Positions 41,914 to 50,960 of a stretch of 64,000 nt of DNA are shown in pieces (the first letter of the stretch is position 1; every line of letters starts with the position of its first letter). A model generated the notes under the pieces. It saw only the letters and a program-made list of their open reading frames with translations. It was not told where the DNA came from and searched no databases. Origin of the DNA: Anaerolineae bacterium (GTDB lineage: Bacteria; Chloroflexota; Anaerolineae; Anaerolineales; E44-bin32); NCBI GenBank assembly GCA_011192015.1, contig DUET01000086.1:18026-82025 (forward strand), read 5' to 3'. The translations under genes were made by a program, and so were the position numbers.

Positions 41914-43647
41914 TCAAGCGATGAGGTCTTCGGTGAGTCTGGGAGCTTTGTCGATTGCCAACCGAACCGTAACCGTTGTTCCCTCGTCCGGGCTGGAAGT
42001 GATATTCCAGTTGCCTCCGATGCTGTTTGCACGCTGCTCGATGTTCGATAGACCATGCCCCAGCATACGCCTGTGATCCTCGGGATTGAAGCCCTTGCCA
42101 TTATCGATGACCTGTAGCAGCAATTCTTCCCCGATATTCCGCACAGTCAGCCATACGCGTGTGGCTTCAGCATGCTTGGCAACGTTGGCCAGCGCTTCCT
42201 GAGCGATCAGGAAGAGCTCCGAGGTCGTCTTTCGATCGAGGAGATCGATGGCCTTATCTTCCAGTTTGAGTTCAATATCGAGCAGGGTATTTGCCCGAAA
42301 CTCACGCGCCAGTTCATGAATTGCATCCTTCAGGTTGATGGATTTAACACGCGTGGGCTGCAGATCGAGGATGTAGGAGCGAATATCGCGGATCACGGCA
42401 TTCAAAGCGTCGATGATCTGATCCAGTACGGTTTCGGCCTTCTTGGGCGATTCGGCAAGCAGCAAGCGCAGGGAATCCAGGGTCAAACCGGTGGCATAGA
42501 TCGATTGAATGATGCCGTCGTGCAAGTCCATGGCGATGCGCTCTCGTTCCTCCAGCACCGCCACTCGACGAGCCTGGCGAGAGAGGCGGGCATGCTCAAT
42601 GGCGATGCCCACACCGGCGCCCATCGCCGACAGCAGCCCAACTTCACGATCGCTGATCTCTCTCGGGCCACGAAACGCCAGGTTGAGCACTCCCACGACT
42701 CTTCCCTTGCCGATCAGTGGAACCGAGACCAGCGTGTTGAAACCCGCTTCCACCACGGCGGGTCGCATGAGGCGCTTTTCCTCCGCGAGATCGTTCGACC
42801 ACAACGGCTTCCCGCTCTCTGCCACCAAGCCCACAAAGCCTTCGCCCAAATGGTAGAGCCTGTTGGTTGCGAAGGCCTGCCTGGCTTCGCCGACATGCAT
42901 GGCCTGACGGAACTTCTTCCGTCCTTCCTCTCGCAGGAAGATCTCCCCGGCGCCGGCGCCGAAAAGACTGCTCACACGGAGCAGCATGGCTTCCAGCAAG
43001 GGTTCGAGCTCGATGGTCGAGCTGACTGCGTTGGCGATGGCATTGATCAGCTCCAACTCCTCGTTGCGCTGGGAAAGTTCCGCTCTGCCCTCCGCCACTT
43101 CGTGGTAGAGGCGCGCATTAGCGATGGCGGCGCCGGATTGGGCTGCCAAGAGTTCGATCAACTGCTGATCTTGCTCGCTGAATTCGGTAGCACCCTGCTT
43201 ATCGGTGAGATAGATCTGGCCAATAGGACGGCCAAATGCAGCGATCGGGACACCCAGAAACGAACGCATCCTGGGATGACCTTCAGGGAAGCCATACGAA
43301 CTGGGATGATCGGTGATTTCGGGGATGCGGATGCTCTTCTGCGTTCGGATCATCTCCCCCAGAAGGCCAAGCCCCTCAGGCTGATGGGCAATGCGACCGG
43401 CTTCGTCCTCTTCCATGCCCAGATGGATGAACGTCTCCAGCTTCCCGTCGTCGTTGGAAATCCCCACAGCAGCATAGCGCGCCTGAGTAAGCGTCTTGGC
43501 GGCGGTAGCGATTCTCCGAAGCACGCCTTCCAGGGACAAATCGGTGTACAAACTTAACGTGGCACGATGCAGGGCACGCATACACGCATCTGCATCCGGG
43601 AAGTTCTCATATTTTGATTGTGCCCCCTGCTGCGGATGGTGATCCAC
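41914..43647 (-). CDS. cytoplasmic GAF-GAF-HisKA_3-HATPase_c sensor histidine kinase (DevS/NarL-partner-type architecture)
   Basis: There are no TM segments. Two GAF-like regions are followed by the H box ERERIAMDLHDGIIQ and the N/G boxes (EALANVAKHA, DNGKGF, GHGLSNI). Confidence 0.85.
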   Translation of the reverse strand: MDHHPQQGAQSKYENFPDADACMRALHRATLSLYTDLSLEGVLRRIATAAKTLTQARYAAVGISNDDGKLETFIHLGMEEDEAGRIAHQPEGLGLLGEMIRTQKSIRIPEITDHPSSYGFPEGHPRMRSFLGVPIAAFGRPIGQIYLTDKQGATEFSEQDQQLIELLAAQSGAAIANARLYHEVAEGRAELSQRNEELELINAIANAVSSTIELEPLLEAMLLRVSSLFGAGAGEIFLREEGRKKFRQAMHVGEARQAFATNRLYHLGEGFVGLVAESGKPLWSNDLAEEKRLMRPAVVEAGFNTLVSVPLIGKGRVVGVLNLAFRGPREISDREVGLLSAMGAGVGIAIEHARLSRQARRVAVLEERERIAMDLHDGIIQSIYATGLTLDSLRLLLAESPKKAETVLDQIIDALNAVIRDIRSYILDLQPTRVKSINLKDAIHELAREFRANTLLDIELKLEDKAIDLLDRKTTSELFLIAQEALANVAKHAEATRVWLTVRNIGEELLLQVIDNGKGFNPEDHRRMLGHGLSNIEQRANSIGGNWNITSSPDEGTTVTVRLAIDKAPRLTEDLIA

Positions 43648-43794
43648 GATATTGCCTCACCTACACGGCGAATTCTACCCCAAACCGGAACAAGAAACCA
43701 TCCAGGATCCCGATCGTCGTCCCGGAGGTTGATAGTTTTTGCCAGCCATCCGCACGTATACATGGAAAGGTTGATTACCAGGAGCTGGTTTGAG

Positions 43795-45081
43795 ATGAGT
43801 TCTCGACTTCCCGGATTCTATACTTTGTCGCTTGAAGAGCGGTTGTGGCGCATCGCCGAACAAGCCAAGTTGAGCGACGAGGCGCGCCAGGCGCTCAATC
43901 CTCAAGGCGGATTATCAACCAGCCAGGCCGATCACATGATCGAGAACGTGATCGGGATCTATGGAATGCCCCTCGGCGTGGCTACCAACTTCATGATCAA
44001 CGGCTTCGAGCTCGTGATCCCGATGGCCGTGGAGGAGCCCTCGGTTGTAGCGGGGGCATCTTTCATGGCCAAGCTCGTGCGCCAGGGTGGAGGTTTCCAT
44101 GCCGAGAGCGATGAGCCGCACATGATCGCCCAGATTCAACTGCTCGATGTCCCCGATATGCAGGCAGCCAGTCACGCACTGATCCGACGCAAGCCTGAGA
44201 TTCTCGCGTTGGCCCACAAGGTGGATGCAGTGATCGCCGAACTCGGTGGTGGTGCTCGCGACATGGAAGTATTCAACTTTGAGAAGACCGCCGTGGGACC
44301 CATGCTGGTGGTGCATCTGATCTACGACACGCGCGACGCCATGGGAGCCAATGCCCTCAACACGGCCGCTGAAAGCATCGCTCCGCTCCTGGAAGAGATC
44401 AGCGGCGGGCGCGCTCATCTCAAGATCCTCTCCAACCTTGCCGATCGACGGCTTGCACGCGCCAACTGCCGCGTGCCATGCGAAGCGCTGGCCTTCGACG
44501 ATTTCGAAGGGGCGCGCGTGCGCGACGGCATCATCGAAGCCTGGGCTCTGGCGGAAGCCGATCCCTATCGGGCGGCAACGCACAACAAGGGCATCATGAA
44601 CGGCATCGATGCCGTGCTGATCGCAACCGGTAACGATTGGCGCGCGGTTGAAGCCGGCGCTCATGCATACGCAGCACGATCCGGCCGTTACGCCTCACTC
44701 AGCCGCTGGTGGGCCGACGAGGATGGTGATTTGAGAGGTGAGCTCGAGATGCCCATGGCCGTGGGCATCGTCGGTGGTGCGACTCAAGTTCACCCCACCG
44801 CAAAGGCATGCCTGGCCGTGTTGGGCGTGAAAAGTGCTCGCGAGTTGGCGGAGATCGTGGTTTCCGTGGGATTGGCCCAAAACCTGGCCGCGCTGCGTTC
44901 TCTCGCCACCGAAGGCATCCAAAGAGGCCACATGAGCCTGCATGCACGGCAAGTAGCCATCGCCGCGGGGGCGAAGGGGGACCAGGTCACACGCCTGGCC
45001 AAGCAGATGGCCTCTGAGGGTAACGTGCGCCTCGATCGTGCCAAGCAACTGCTGCAGCAGGATCGTGGAAAGGTCGATTGA
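43795..45081 (+). CDS. mvaA: hydroxymethylglutaryl-CoA reductase, soluble class II-like
   Basis: About 428 aa from the ATG at 43795, with no membrane domain. Motifs present are [19 protein letters not shown] and GTVGG-like (AVGIVGGAT). Confidence 0.9.
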   Translation: MSSRLPGFYTLSLEERLWRIAEQAKLSDEARQALNPQGGLSTSQADHMIENVIGIYGMPLGVATNFMINGFELVIPMAVEEPSVVAGASFMAKLVRQGGGFHAESDEPHMIAQIQLLDVPDMQAASHALIRRKPEILALAHKVDAVIAELGGGARDMEVFNFEKTAVGPMLVVHLIYDTRDAMGANALNTAAESIAPLLEEISGGRAHLKILSNLADRRLARANCRVPCEALAFDDFEGARVRDGIIEAWALAEADPYRAATHNKGIMNGIDAVLIATGNDWRAVEAGAHAYAARSGRYASLSRWWADEDGDLRGELEMPMAVGIVGGATQVHPTAKACLAVLGVKSARELAEIVVSVGLAQNLAALRSLATEGIQRGHMSLHARQVAIAAGAKGDQVTRLAKQMASEGNVRLDRAKQLLQQDRGKVD

Positions 45082-45145
45082 ATTTGGTAGGATTGATAGG
45101 TTGCCTTCTCGAGGCATCCAGGACCATAGGAGTAGGGAAGAAGGT

Positions 45146-46219
45146 ATGAACGCAAGTCAGCAAGATCGTCTCCTCAAGCCGATGGAAGAGGTGGGCATTG
45201 TCGGCTATGGAGCTTACATCCCGCGCTATCGTCTGCCGGCGAAAGAGGTGTCCAGGATCTGGACCGACGGCGAGGGCGGAGTTCCGATCGTGGAGAAAGC
45301 CGTCCCCGGATTGGACGAGGACGTGATCACCATGTCGATCGAAGCGGCACGCAATGCCCTGGCACGCGCCGCAATCGATCCGAGCGAAATCCGGGCCGTA
45401 TGGGTGGGCTCCGAATCACATCCCTATGCGGTCAAACCCAGTTCCACGGTGGTGGCTGAAGCCATCGGCGCTACGCCACACACGCAGGCTGCCGATTGGG
45501 AATTTGCTTGCAAGGCTGGAACGGAGGCGCTGCAGGCCGCCATCGGCCTGGTCGGCTCAGGCATGGCGCGCTATGCCATGGCTATCGGCATGGACACGGC
45601 ACAAGGACGCCCCGGCGATGCTCTGGAATACACCACGGGAGCCGGAGGGGCGGCCATCATCCTTGGACCTGCCAAGGAAAGCATGGCCCGCTTCGAGGGA
45701 TCTTACTCCTACGCCACCGATACGCCTGATTTCTGGCGCCGCTCCAACGAGACCTATCCCGAACACGGCGAGCGCTTCACCGGCGAACCCGCCTATTTCG
45801 AACACATCCTTACCGCAGCTCGGGAGATCATGAAACTGACGGACACCCAATCGGAAGACTTCGCGCACGTCGTCTTCCATCAGCCGAACGCAAAATTCCC
45901 CATGCGCGCCGGCCGTATGCTGGGTTTCAAGGACGAGCAAATCAAAACCGGTTTGTTGGTCTCCCTGATCGGCAACACGTACGCAGGTTCTCCCATGATC
46001 GGTCTATCAGCGGTGCTCGACAAAGGCCAACCGGGAGACCGCGTCCTCCTGGTCTCGTACGGATCGGGTGCGGGGTCCGATGCCTTCGTGTTGTCCCTCA
46101 CCGACCGGCTGCCTGCGCTTCGTGATCGAGCTCCAAGAACCCAGGAATACATCGATCGGCGCACCGAAATTGATTATGCAACCTACGCGCGCTATCGCGG
46201 AAAGCTGGCGCTGAAATGA
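45146..46219 (+). CDS. HMG-CoA synthase, archaeal-type (short form)
   Basis: About 357 aa with an N-terminal [15 protein letters not shown] and a catalytic-Cys region ([10 protein letters not shown]). It is followed by thiolase and DUF35 genes with an ATGA start/stop overlap. Confidence 0.85.
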   Translation: MNASQQDRLLKPMEEVGIVGYGAYIPRYRLPAKEVSRIWTDGEGGVPIVEKAVPGLDEDVITMSIEAARNALARAAIDPSEIRAVWVGSESHPYAVKPSSTVVAEAIGATPHTQAADWEFACKAGTEALQAAIGLVGSGMARYAMAIGMDTAQGRPGDALEYTTGAGGAAIILGPAKESMARFEGSYSYATDTPDFWRRSNETYPEHGERFTGEPAYFEHILTAAREIMKLTDTQSEDFAHVVFHQPNAKFPMRAGRMLGFKDEQIKTGLLVSLIGNTYAGSPMIGLSAVLDKGQPGDRVLLVSYGSGAGSDAFVLSLTDRLPALRDRAPRTQEYIDRRTEIDYATYARYRGKLALK

Positions 46220-47400
46220 GCCCAAGAAACCCATCCCCTCCTGCGCATGATGTCTTCATCGCCGGCGTCAGTCTGACCAAAGCTGGAGAACATTGGCAGA
46301 CATCCCTGCGAGAATTGGCCTTCGAAGCCGTTCGTCTGGCACAGATCGATGCAGGTGGCTTGGTCCCCCAGGCCCTCTATGTCGCCAACGCCTTCGCTCC
46401 CATCCTCTCCCATCAGATCCAATTGGGCGCGCTGATCGCGGATTTCTCAGGGCTGCGCGGCATCGAAGCCGTAACCGTCGAAGCTGCAGGCGCTTCAGGA
46501 GGTATGGCGCTGCGCCAAGCTTTTCTGGCGCTCATGTCCGGCCAGCTTGAAACCGCTATGGTGCTTGGCGTCGAGAAGATGACCGACAAGATCGGCCCCG
46601 CCGTACTTTCCGCCCTGGCCACCACGACGGATGCCGATCATGAAGCCGTACACGGCATCACGCCCGCTGCCCAGGCAGCACTTCTGATGCAGCGCTATCT
46701 CTACGAATACGAAGCACCTTCCAACGCGTTGGCCGGATTCAGCATCAATTCGCATGCCAATGCGGTCACGAATCCCAACGCCATCTTCCAGCGTGCCTTG
46801 AGCGAGGAGGCCTACACCAAGGCGGCCATGGTTTGCGAACCTCTGAATATCATGGACGCCGCGCCAAGCGTTGATGGAGCAGCGGCCGTGCTCCTGGCTC
46901 GCCGGTCCGTGCTCCCATCCGAATCGGAAACGCCGCGCGTGCGCATCCTAGGGTCCGCTTCGGCAACGTCTGCACTTGCACTTCACGATCAACCGGACAT
47001 CCTCACCTTCACCGCCGCAGCCGAATCCGCCCATGCAGCCTACGCTCAATCTGGGTTGAAAGCCAAGGACATCGACGTGTTCGAGCTGCATGACCAATTT
47101 TCGATCTTCAGCGCCCTCTCTCTCGAAGCCGCAGGTTTTGCCGAGAAGGGCCAGGGTTGGCGATTGGCCCATGATGGGCAGATCGGCCTTCAGGGACGTA
47201 TTCCGATCACGACCTTCGGCGGCTCCACAGCACGCGGTGATTCTGGCGGTGCTACGGGTGTTTATCAGCTGGCAGAAGTCGTCCTACAGCTTCAGAAGCG
47301 AGCCGATAAGAACCAGGTGATGGATACCAAGATCGGCATGGCTCAATGCCTGGGCGGTATTGGATCGACCGCCTGCACCCACATTCTGGGACGTGAGTAG
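46216..47400 (+). CDS. thiolase-fold acetyl-CoA acetyltransferase, archaeal/SCP-x type
   Basis: Thiolase-like sequence (VEAAGASGG, the catalytic-Cys region is a variant of this family, and a C-terminal GGIGSTA). It is translationally coupled to the HMGCS gene. Confidence 0.82.
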   Translation: MSPRNPSPPAHDVFIAGVSLTKAGEHWQTSLRELAFEAVRLAQIDAGGLVPQALYVANAFAPILSHQIQLGALIADFSGLRGIEAVTVEAAGASGGMALRQAFLALMSGQLETAMVLGVEKMTDKIGPAVLSALATTTDADHEAVHGITPAAQAALLMQRYLYEYEAPSNALAGFSINSHANAVTNPNAIFQRALSEEAYTKAAMVCEPLNIMDAAPSVDGAAAVLLARRSVLPSESETPRVRILGSASATSALALHDQPDILTFTAAAESAHAAYAQSGLKAKDIDVFELHDQFSIFSALSLEAAGFAEKGQGWRLAHDGQIGLQGRIPITTFGGSTARGDSGGATGVYQLAEVVLQLQKRADKNQVMDTKIGMAQCLGGIGSTACTHILGRE

Positions 47401-47494
47401 GATGTTCACAGAGGTTTATTGATAGTTCTTGATAGTTACCACTGCCTATACTTAGCAGCAATGAAAAAGGGAATTCCTTTGTTGAGGTGATTGC

Positions 47495-47899
47495 ATGGAG
47501 GTTTCACGCCACTGGAGATTGAAGAAACAACGCTATGCTCTTGAGGGAGAGGTTTGTCCGCATTGTCATGCGAAGATCTTTCCACCCAGAGACGTATGCC
47601 CTGATTGTGGTCTCGACGCACGCACGCTCTACCAATTCAGTGGTCGCGGAGAAGTATATTCCTTCGCTAAGGTACAGGACGCACCCGAGGCTCATTCCGA
47701 ACAATCCCCCTACACCGTGGCCCTGATTCGCCTTGAGGAAGGTCCTTTGGTGACCGCTCAACTGACGGACATCGGTGATCAACCGCTGGAAGTCGGCTCC
47801 CCTGTGGAGATGGTCACCCGCAAGCTTCGTTCCGATGGTGAAAGGGGCATGCTCGTATACGGCTACAAGTTCCGCCCATTGCTCCGGCCTTCGATTTGA
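47495..47899 (+). CDS. DUF35 OB-fold / zinc-ribbon protein (scaffold of thiolase-HMGCS complex)
   Basis: The zinc ribbon CPHC...CPDC is followed by an OB fold (GEVYSFAKV...). Confidence 0.85.
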   Translation: MEVSRHWRLKKQRYALEGEVCPHCHAKIFPPRDVCPDCGLDARTLYQFSGRGEVYSFAKVQDAPEAHSEQSPYTVALIRLEEGPLVTAQLTDIGDQPLEVGSPVEMVTRKLRSDGERGMLVYGYKFRPLLRPSI

Positions 47900-47930
47900 A
47901 CGATTTTCCGAGATTCGAATCAACAAGCGG

Positions 47931-47964
47931 GAACTGCCCCTTCATGGGGCAGTTCTGCTTTTCT
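47931..47964 (+). terminator. rho-independent terminator after the mevalonate-entry cluster
   Basis: GAACTGCCCC-TTCAT-GGGGCAGTTC followed by TGCTTTTCT. Confidence 0.6.
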
Positions 47965-48018
47965 ATCAAATGGTTTTCGGCGCACATCTTGCAACCCAAT
48001 TATTGCCTCAAGCTCCGC

Positions 48019-48047
48019 TTGACGCATAGGAACGCTTGTGCTACCAT
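48019..48047 (+). promoter_or_regulatory. promoter (-35 TTGACG, 17 nt, TGcTACCAT)
   Basis: It lies upstream of the LysM gene. The ATG is at 48102 and is preceded by AAGGAG. Confidence 0.4.
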
Positions 48048-48101
48048 CCGCGGCTGAACCGTGATGGTTCGGTTGTTAGGCTGAAACGTAAGGAGAAGCC
48101 C

Positions 48102-48746
48102 ATGGTCAAACGGTGTATGCGGATCCTGCTTTTCACCAGCATCGCTGGGCTTGCGCTCTTCTCTGCTGCTTGCACTCGCTCTGTATCCACTCCCCTGCCG
48201 ACATCCACGGGAGCGCCTGGCTCATTCCAGCAAGCTACCATGGAAGCCGTGCTTTCCACATTTCTGACCCAAACCGCACAGGCCATCGAACCATCGGGAG
48301 CCACCCCAACCCCGGACGGCACACCTGAGCCCGACACAACGCCAGGCATCATCCTCGAACCCTCACTCACACCGGATGGAACGGAGCCGGTGATCAACGT
48401 GACCACAACCAGCGGTACGACCACGCCGACTGGCCCCATCGAGCACATCGTTCAATCCGGGGAATGGTTGTATTCGATTGCCCGCATGTACGACGTCGAA
48501 ACTCAGGAAATCATCGATCTGAACGGGCTCACGCCACCCTACAATCTCTACCCGGGGCAAGTCCTCCTGATCCCGACGGAAGATGCAACACCCCAACCCG
48601 GCGGCACCACCTACGTGGTCCAAGCCGGTGATCGCGTGTGGTCGATTGCCAGTCAATTCGGGGTGGATCCGGATGATATCATCGAGGCCAACAATTTAGT
48701 CTATCCATACACCCTGTATCCCGGACAGACCCTGATCATTCCGTAG
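48102..48746 (+). CDS. exported protein with two C-terminal LysM domains
   Basis: A signal peptide ending in SAAC and a Thr/Pro-rich linker are followed by two LysM repeats (HIVQSGEWLYSIARMY...; YVVQAGDRVWSIASQF...). Confidence 0.85.
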   Translation: MVKRCMRILLFTSIAGLALFSAACTRSVSTPLPTSTGAPGSFQQATMEAVLSTFLTQTAQAIEPSGATPTPDGTPEPDTTPGIILEPSLTPDGTEPVINVTTTSGTTTPTGPIEHIVQSGEWLYSIARMYDVETQEIIDLNGLTPPYNLYPGQVLLIPTEDATPQPGGTTYVVQAGDRVWSIASQFGVDPDDIIEANNLVYPYTLYPGQTLIIP

Positions 48747-48773
48747 AGAGGGCATATGTTTCAACGAAATTCC

Positions 48774-48805
48774 GGGGCGACCGAGTCGGTCGCCCCTGTT
48801 GCTTC
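48774..48805 (+). terminator. hairpin terminator
   Basis: GGGGCGACCG-AGT-CGGTCGCCCC followed by TGTTGCTT. Confidence 0.45.
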
Positions 48806-48814
48806 GGAGGCCGA

Positions 48815-49357
48815 ATGCATTTTCAAGTGACCAAAACCGAGATCGTCTTCGACGGCAAGGCCATTCGAGTGCGAGTAGATGAAGGATTGGATGCCAGGGG
48901 TCGAAGCAGGCGCATCGAACTGATCGAGCACATCGGCTCCGTGGTCATGGTGCCGATCGATGATCAGGGACAGATTCACTTCGTGCGTCAATACCGCCAT
49001 CCGGTCGCAGTACGGCTCCTCGAACTTCCCGCCGGAACGCTCGAACACGGCGAGGATCCCGAGCAATGCGCCGTGCGCGAGTGCCGTGAGGAGATCGGCA
49101 TGCTACCCGCACGCCTAACCCACATGGCGACGTGCTTCCTCGCCCCCGGCTACTCGAGCGAACGCGCTCACTTCTACCTTGCCCAGGATCTTTCTCCCAA
49201 TCCACTGACCATGGAAGCCGATGAGGACATCGATTTGGAACTCATCACGCTGGAAGAGGCGCGAACGCGTCTGATGCGCGGCGATTGGCTCGATGCGAAA
49301 ACCGTGGTGGGATTGTCTCTGGCCTTCAGTCATCTGGGGAAAGTGCAGGCTGCGTAA
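48815..49357 (+). CDS. NUDIX hydrolase (ADP-ribose pyrophosphatase-like)
   Basis: The Nudix box [22 protein letters not shown] is present. Confidence 0.85.
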   Translation: MHFQVTKTEIVFDGKAIRVRVDEGLDARGRSRRIELIEHIGSVVMVPIDDQGQIHFVRQYRHPVAVRLLELPAGTLEHGEDPEQCAVRECREEIGMLPARLTHMATCFLAPGYSSERAHFYLAQDLSPNPLTMEADEDIDLELITLEEARTRLMRGDWLDAKTVVGLSLAFSHLGKVQAA

Positions 49358-49491
49358 ACCAAGAGACTCCGCCGCTCAGCCTCGGCGAAGGCGTTCACTC
49401 TGGTCTCGAGTGTGCGGGTGTGGTATACTTTCGGCTTGCGCCGTCCGAAAGATGTGGGCGGCTGGAAGTTTGTCTAAGGACGAAGGTGATC

Positions 49492-49848
49492 ATGACAGAA
49501 GAAGCGAGAGCGCTGGAAGCGCCCATCAATCCGAATATTCCCGAGTTACGCTCCGGCGATTCGGTCAGCGTTCACGTGCTCATCAAGGAAGGCACTCGTG
49601 AGCGCGTCCAGGAATTCAAGGGAACGATCATTCGCCTCCGCAAGGGCGGCAACAACGCCAATTTCACGGTCAGGCGGATTGCCTCCCACGGCATCGGCGT
49701 GGAACGATCCTTTCTCCTGCGTTCACCGCGCATCAAGAAGGTTGAAGTCCAGCGCCAGGCTCACGTGCGACGAGCCCAGTTGTACTATTTGCGCGAGCGA
49801 ACCGGAAAACGCGCCCGTCTGAAGGAAAAGCGCCGCTCGAAATCCTGA
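49492..49848 (+). CDS. rplS: 50S ribosomal protein L19
   Basis: From the ATG at 49492 the product contains [31 protein letters not shown] and [11 protein letters not shown], which are canonical L19 sequences. Confidence 0.92.
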   Translation: MTEEARALEAPINPNIPELRSGDSVSVHVLIKEGTRERVQEFKGTIIRLRKGGNNANFTVRRIASHGIGVERSFLLRSPRIKKVEVQRQAHVRRAQLYYLRERTGKRARLKEKRRSKS

Positions 49849-49867
49849 CCATCCATGCAATCAACCA

Positions 49868-49897
49868 GGGCGCAGCTGGCCAGCTGCGCCCTTTTTC
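49868..49897 (+). terminator. rho-independent terminator of rplS
   Basis: GGGCGCAGCTGG/CCAGCTGCGCCC followed by TTTTTCG. Confidence 0.7.
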
Positions 49898-50015
49898 GTT
49901 GATCAGATCGATGCATGGACCCCCGCAAGTCTGTCCCACGATGAAATTTCCCAATCGAAACTTCGATCAAATCCCAAACTTGACGTCGGATCATGAATGG
50001 TAGTACCTTAAGCCA

Positions 50016-50834
50016 ATGAGCATGAGAGCGATCGGACTCTTCGATTCGGGAATCGGCGGGCTCTCCATCCTGCGGGAAATCCGCCGGTTGCTGCCGCATG
50101 AGGACGTGCTGTACTTTGCCGATCAGGCTCATGTTCCCTATGGGCGCAGATCGATGCGGCAGATTCGCGCCTTCTCGGTAGGCATCACCCGTTTCTTGCT
50201 GGACCGCCAAGTCAAACTGATCGTTCTTGCCTGCAATACCGCCTCCGCCGCAGCGCTTCACCATCTGAGGGCCACCTTTCCCGACACCCCCTTCGTAGGC
50301 ATGGAACCAGCGGTGAAACCAGCCGCTGAGCGCACGATCACCGGTCGCATTGGCGTGCTCGCCACCTCCGCCACCTTCCAGGGCAAGATGTATGCCTCCC
50401 TGCTGGAACGCTTTGCCGAGGGCAAAATCGTACTTCAGCAGACCCCGCATGGTCTCGTGGAACGCATCGAAAAGGGAGATCTCGACAGCCTGGAGACGCG
50501 GGCCATCCTGCAACAATCGATTGCCCCTCTGCTGAAGCAGAACATAGATGCCCTGGTCCTGGCCTGCACGCACTATCCATTTGTTTCCAATTTGATCGCG
50601 GAGATGGTGGGACCGGCTGTAATCGTGATTGATCCAGCGGATGGTGTCGCTCGATGGACAGAGCGTCTTCTGGAGCAGTGTGAGTTGAGTGGGCCTCCGG
50701 ACCACGTTGGCAGCGTGACCTTCCTTTCCACCGGCGATGTGCACCATTTGGGCTCCATGGCGCAACGTCTGATCGGTGAGACCGGAGAGCGTCTCGAATT
50801 TCGTTGGGATGGGGATCAATTGGTAAGCAAGTAA
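50016..50834 (+). CDS. murI: glutamate racemase
   Basis: Contains IGLFDSGIGGLS, ACNTAS and ACTHYP motifs. Confidence 0.92.
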   Translation: MSMRAIGLFDSGIGGLSILREIRRLLPHEDVLYFADQAHVPYGRRSMRQIRAFSVGITRFLLDRQVKLIVLACNTASAAALHHLRATFPDTPFVGMEPAVKPAAERTITGRIGVLATSATFQGKMYASLLERFAEGKIVLQQTPHGLVERIEKGDLDSLETRAILQQSIAPLLKQNIDALVLACTHYPFVSNLIAEMVGPAVIVIDPADGVARWTERLLEQCELSGPPDHVGSVTFLSTGDVHHLGSMAQRLIGETGERLEFRWDGDQLVSK

Positions 50835-50906
50835 TCCCACGCCTCCAACCCCACCCTGCCGGCCGCACGCTTCAAGCGCCGTTCGAGAAGCACAGTTGTA
50901 AATAAC

Positions 50907-50933
50907 AAGGCCCCTCTTTGCGAGAGGGGCCTT
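50907..50933. terminator. bidirectional hairpin between convergent murI and gyrA
   Basis: AAGGCCCCTCT-TTGCG-AGAGGGGCCTT. Confidence 0.6.
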
Positions 50934-50960
50934 GACGTTTCTGCCGCAAGGATATCGCCG

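Noticed and set aside
49428-49451. The hairpin CTTTCGG...CCGAAAG upstream of rplS, considered as a possible L19 autoregulatory leader.
   Set aside because: The 5' arm overlaps the predicted -10 hexamer, so it would probably not be fully transcribed. Similarity to the described L19 leader cannot be judged without a covariance-model search.
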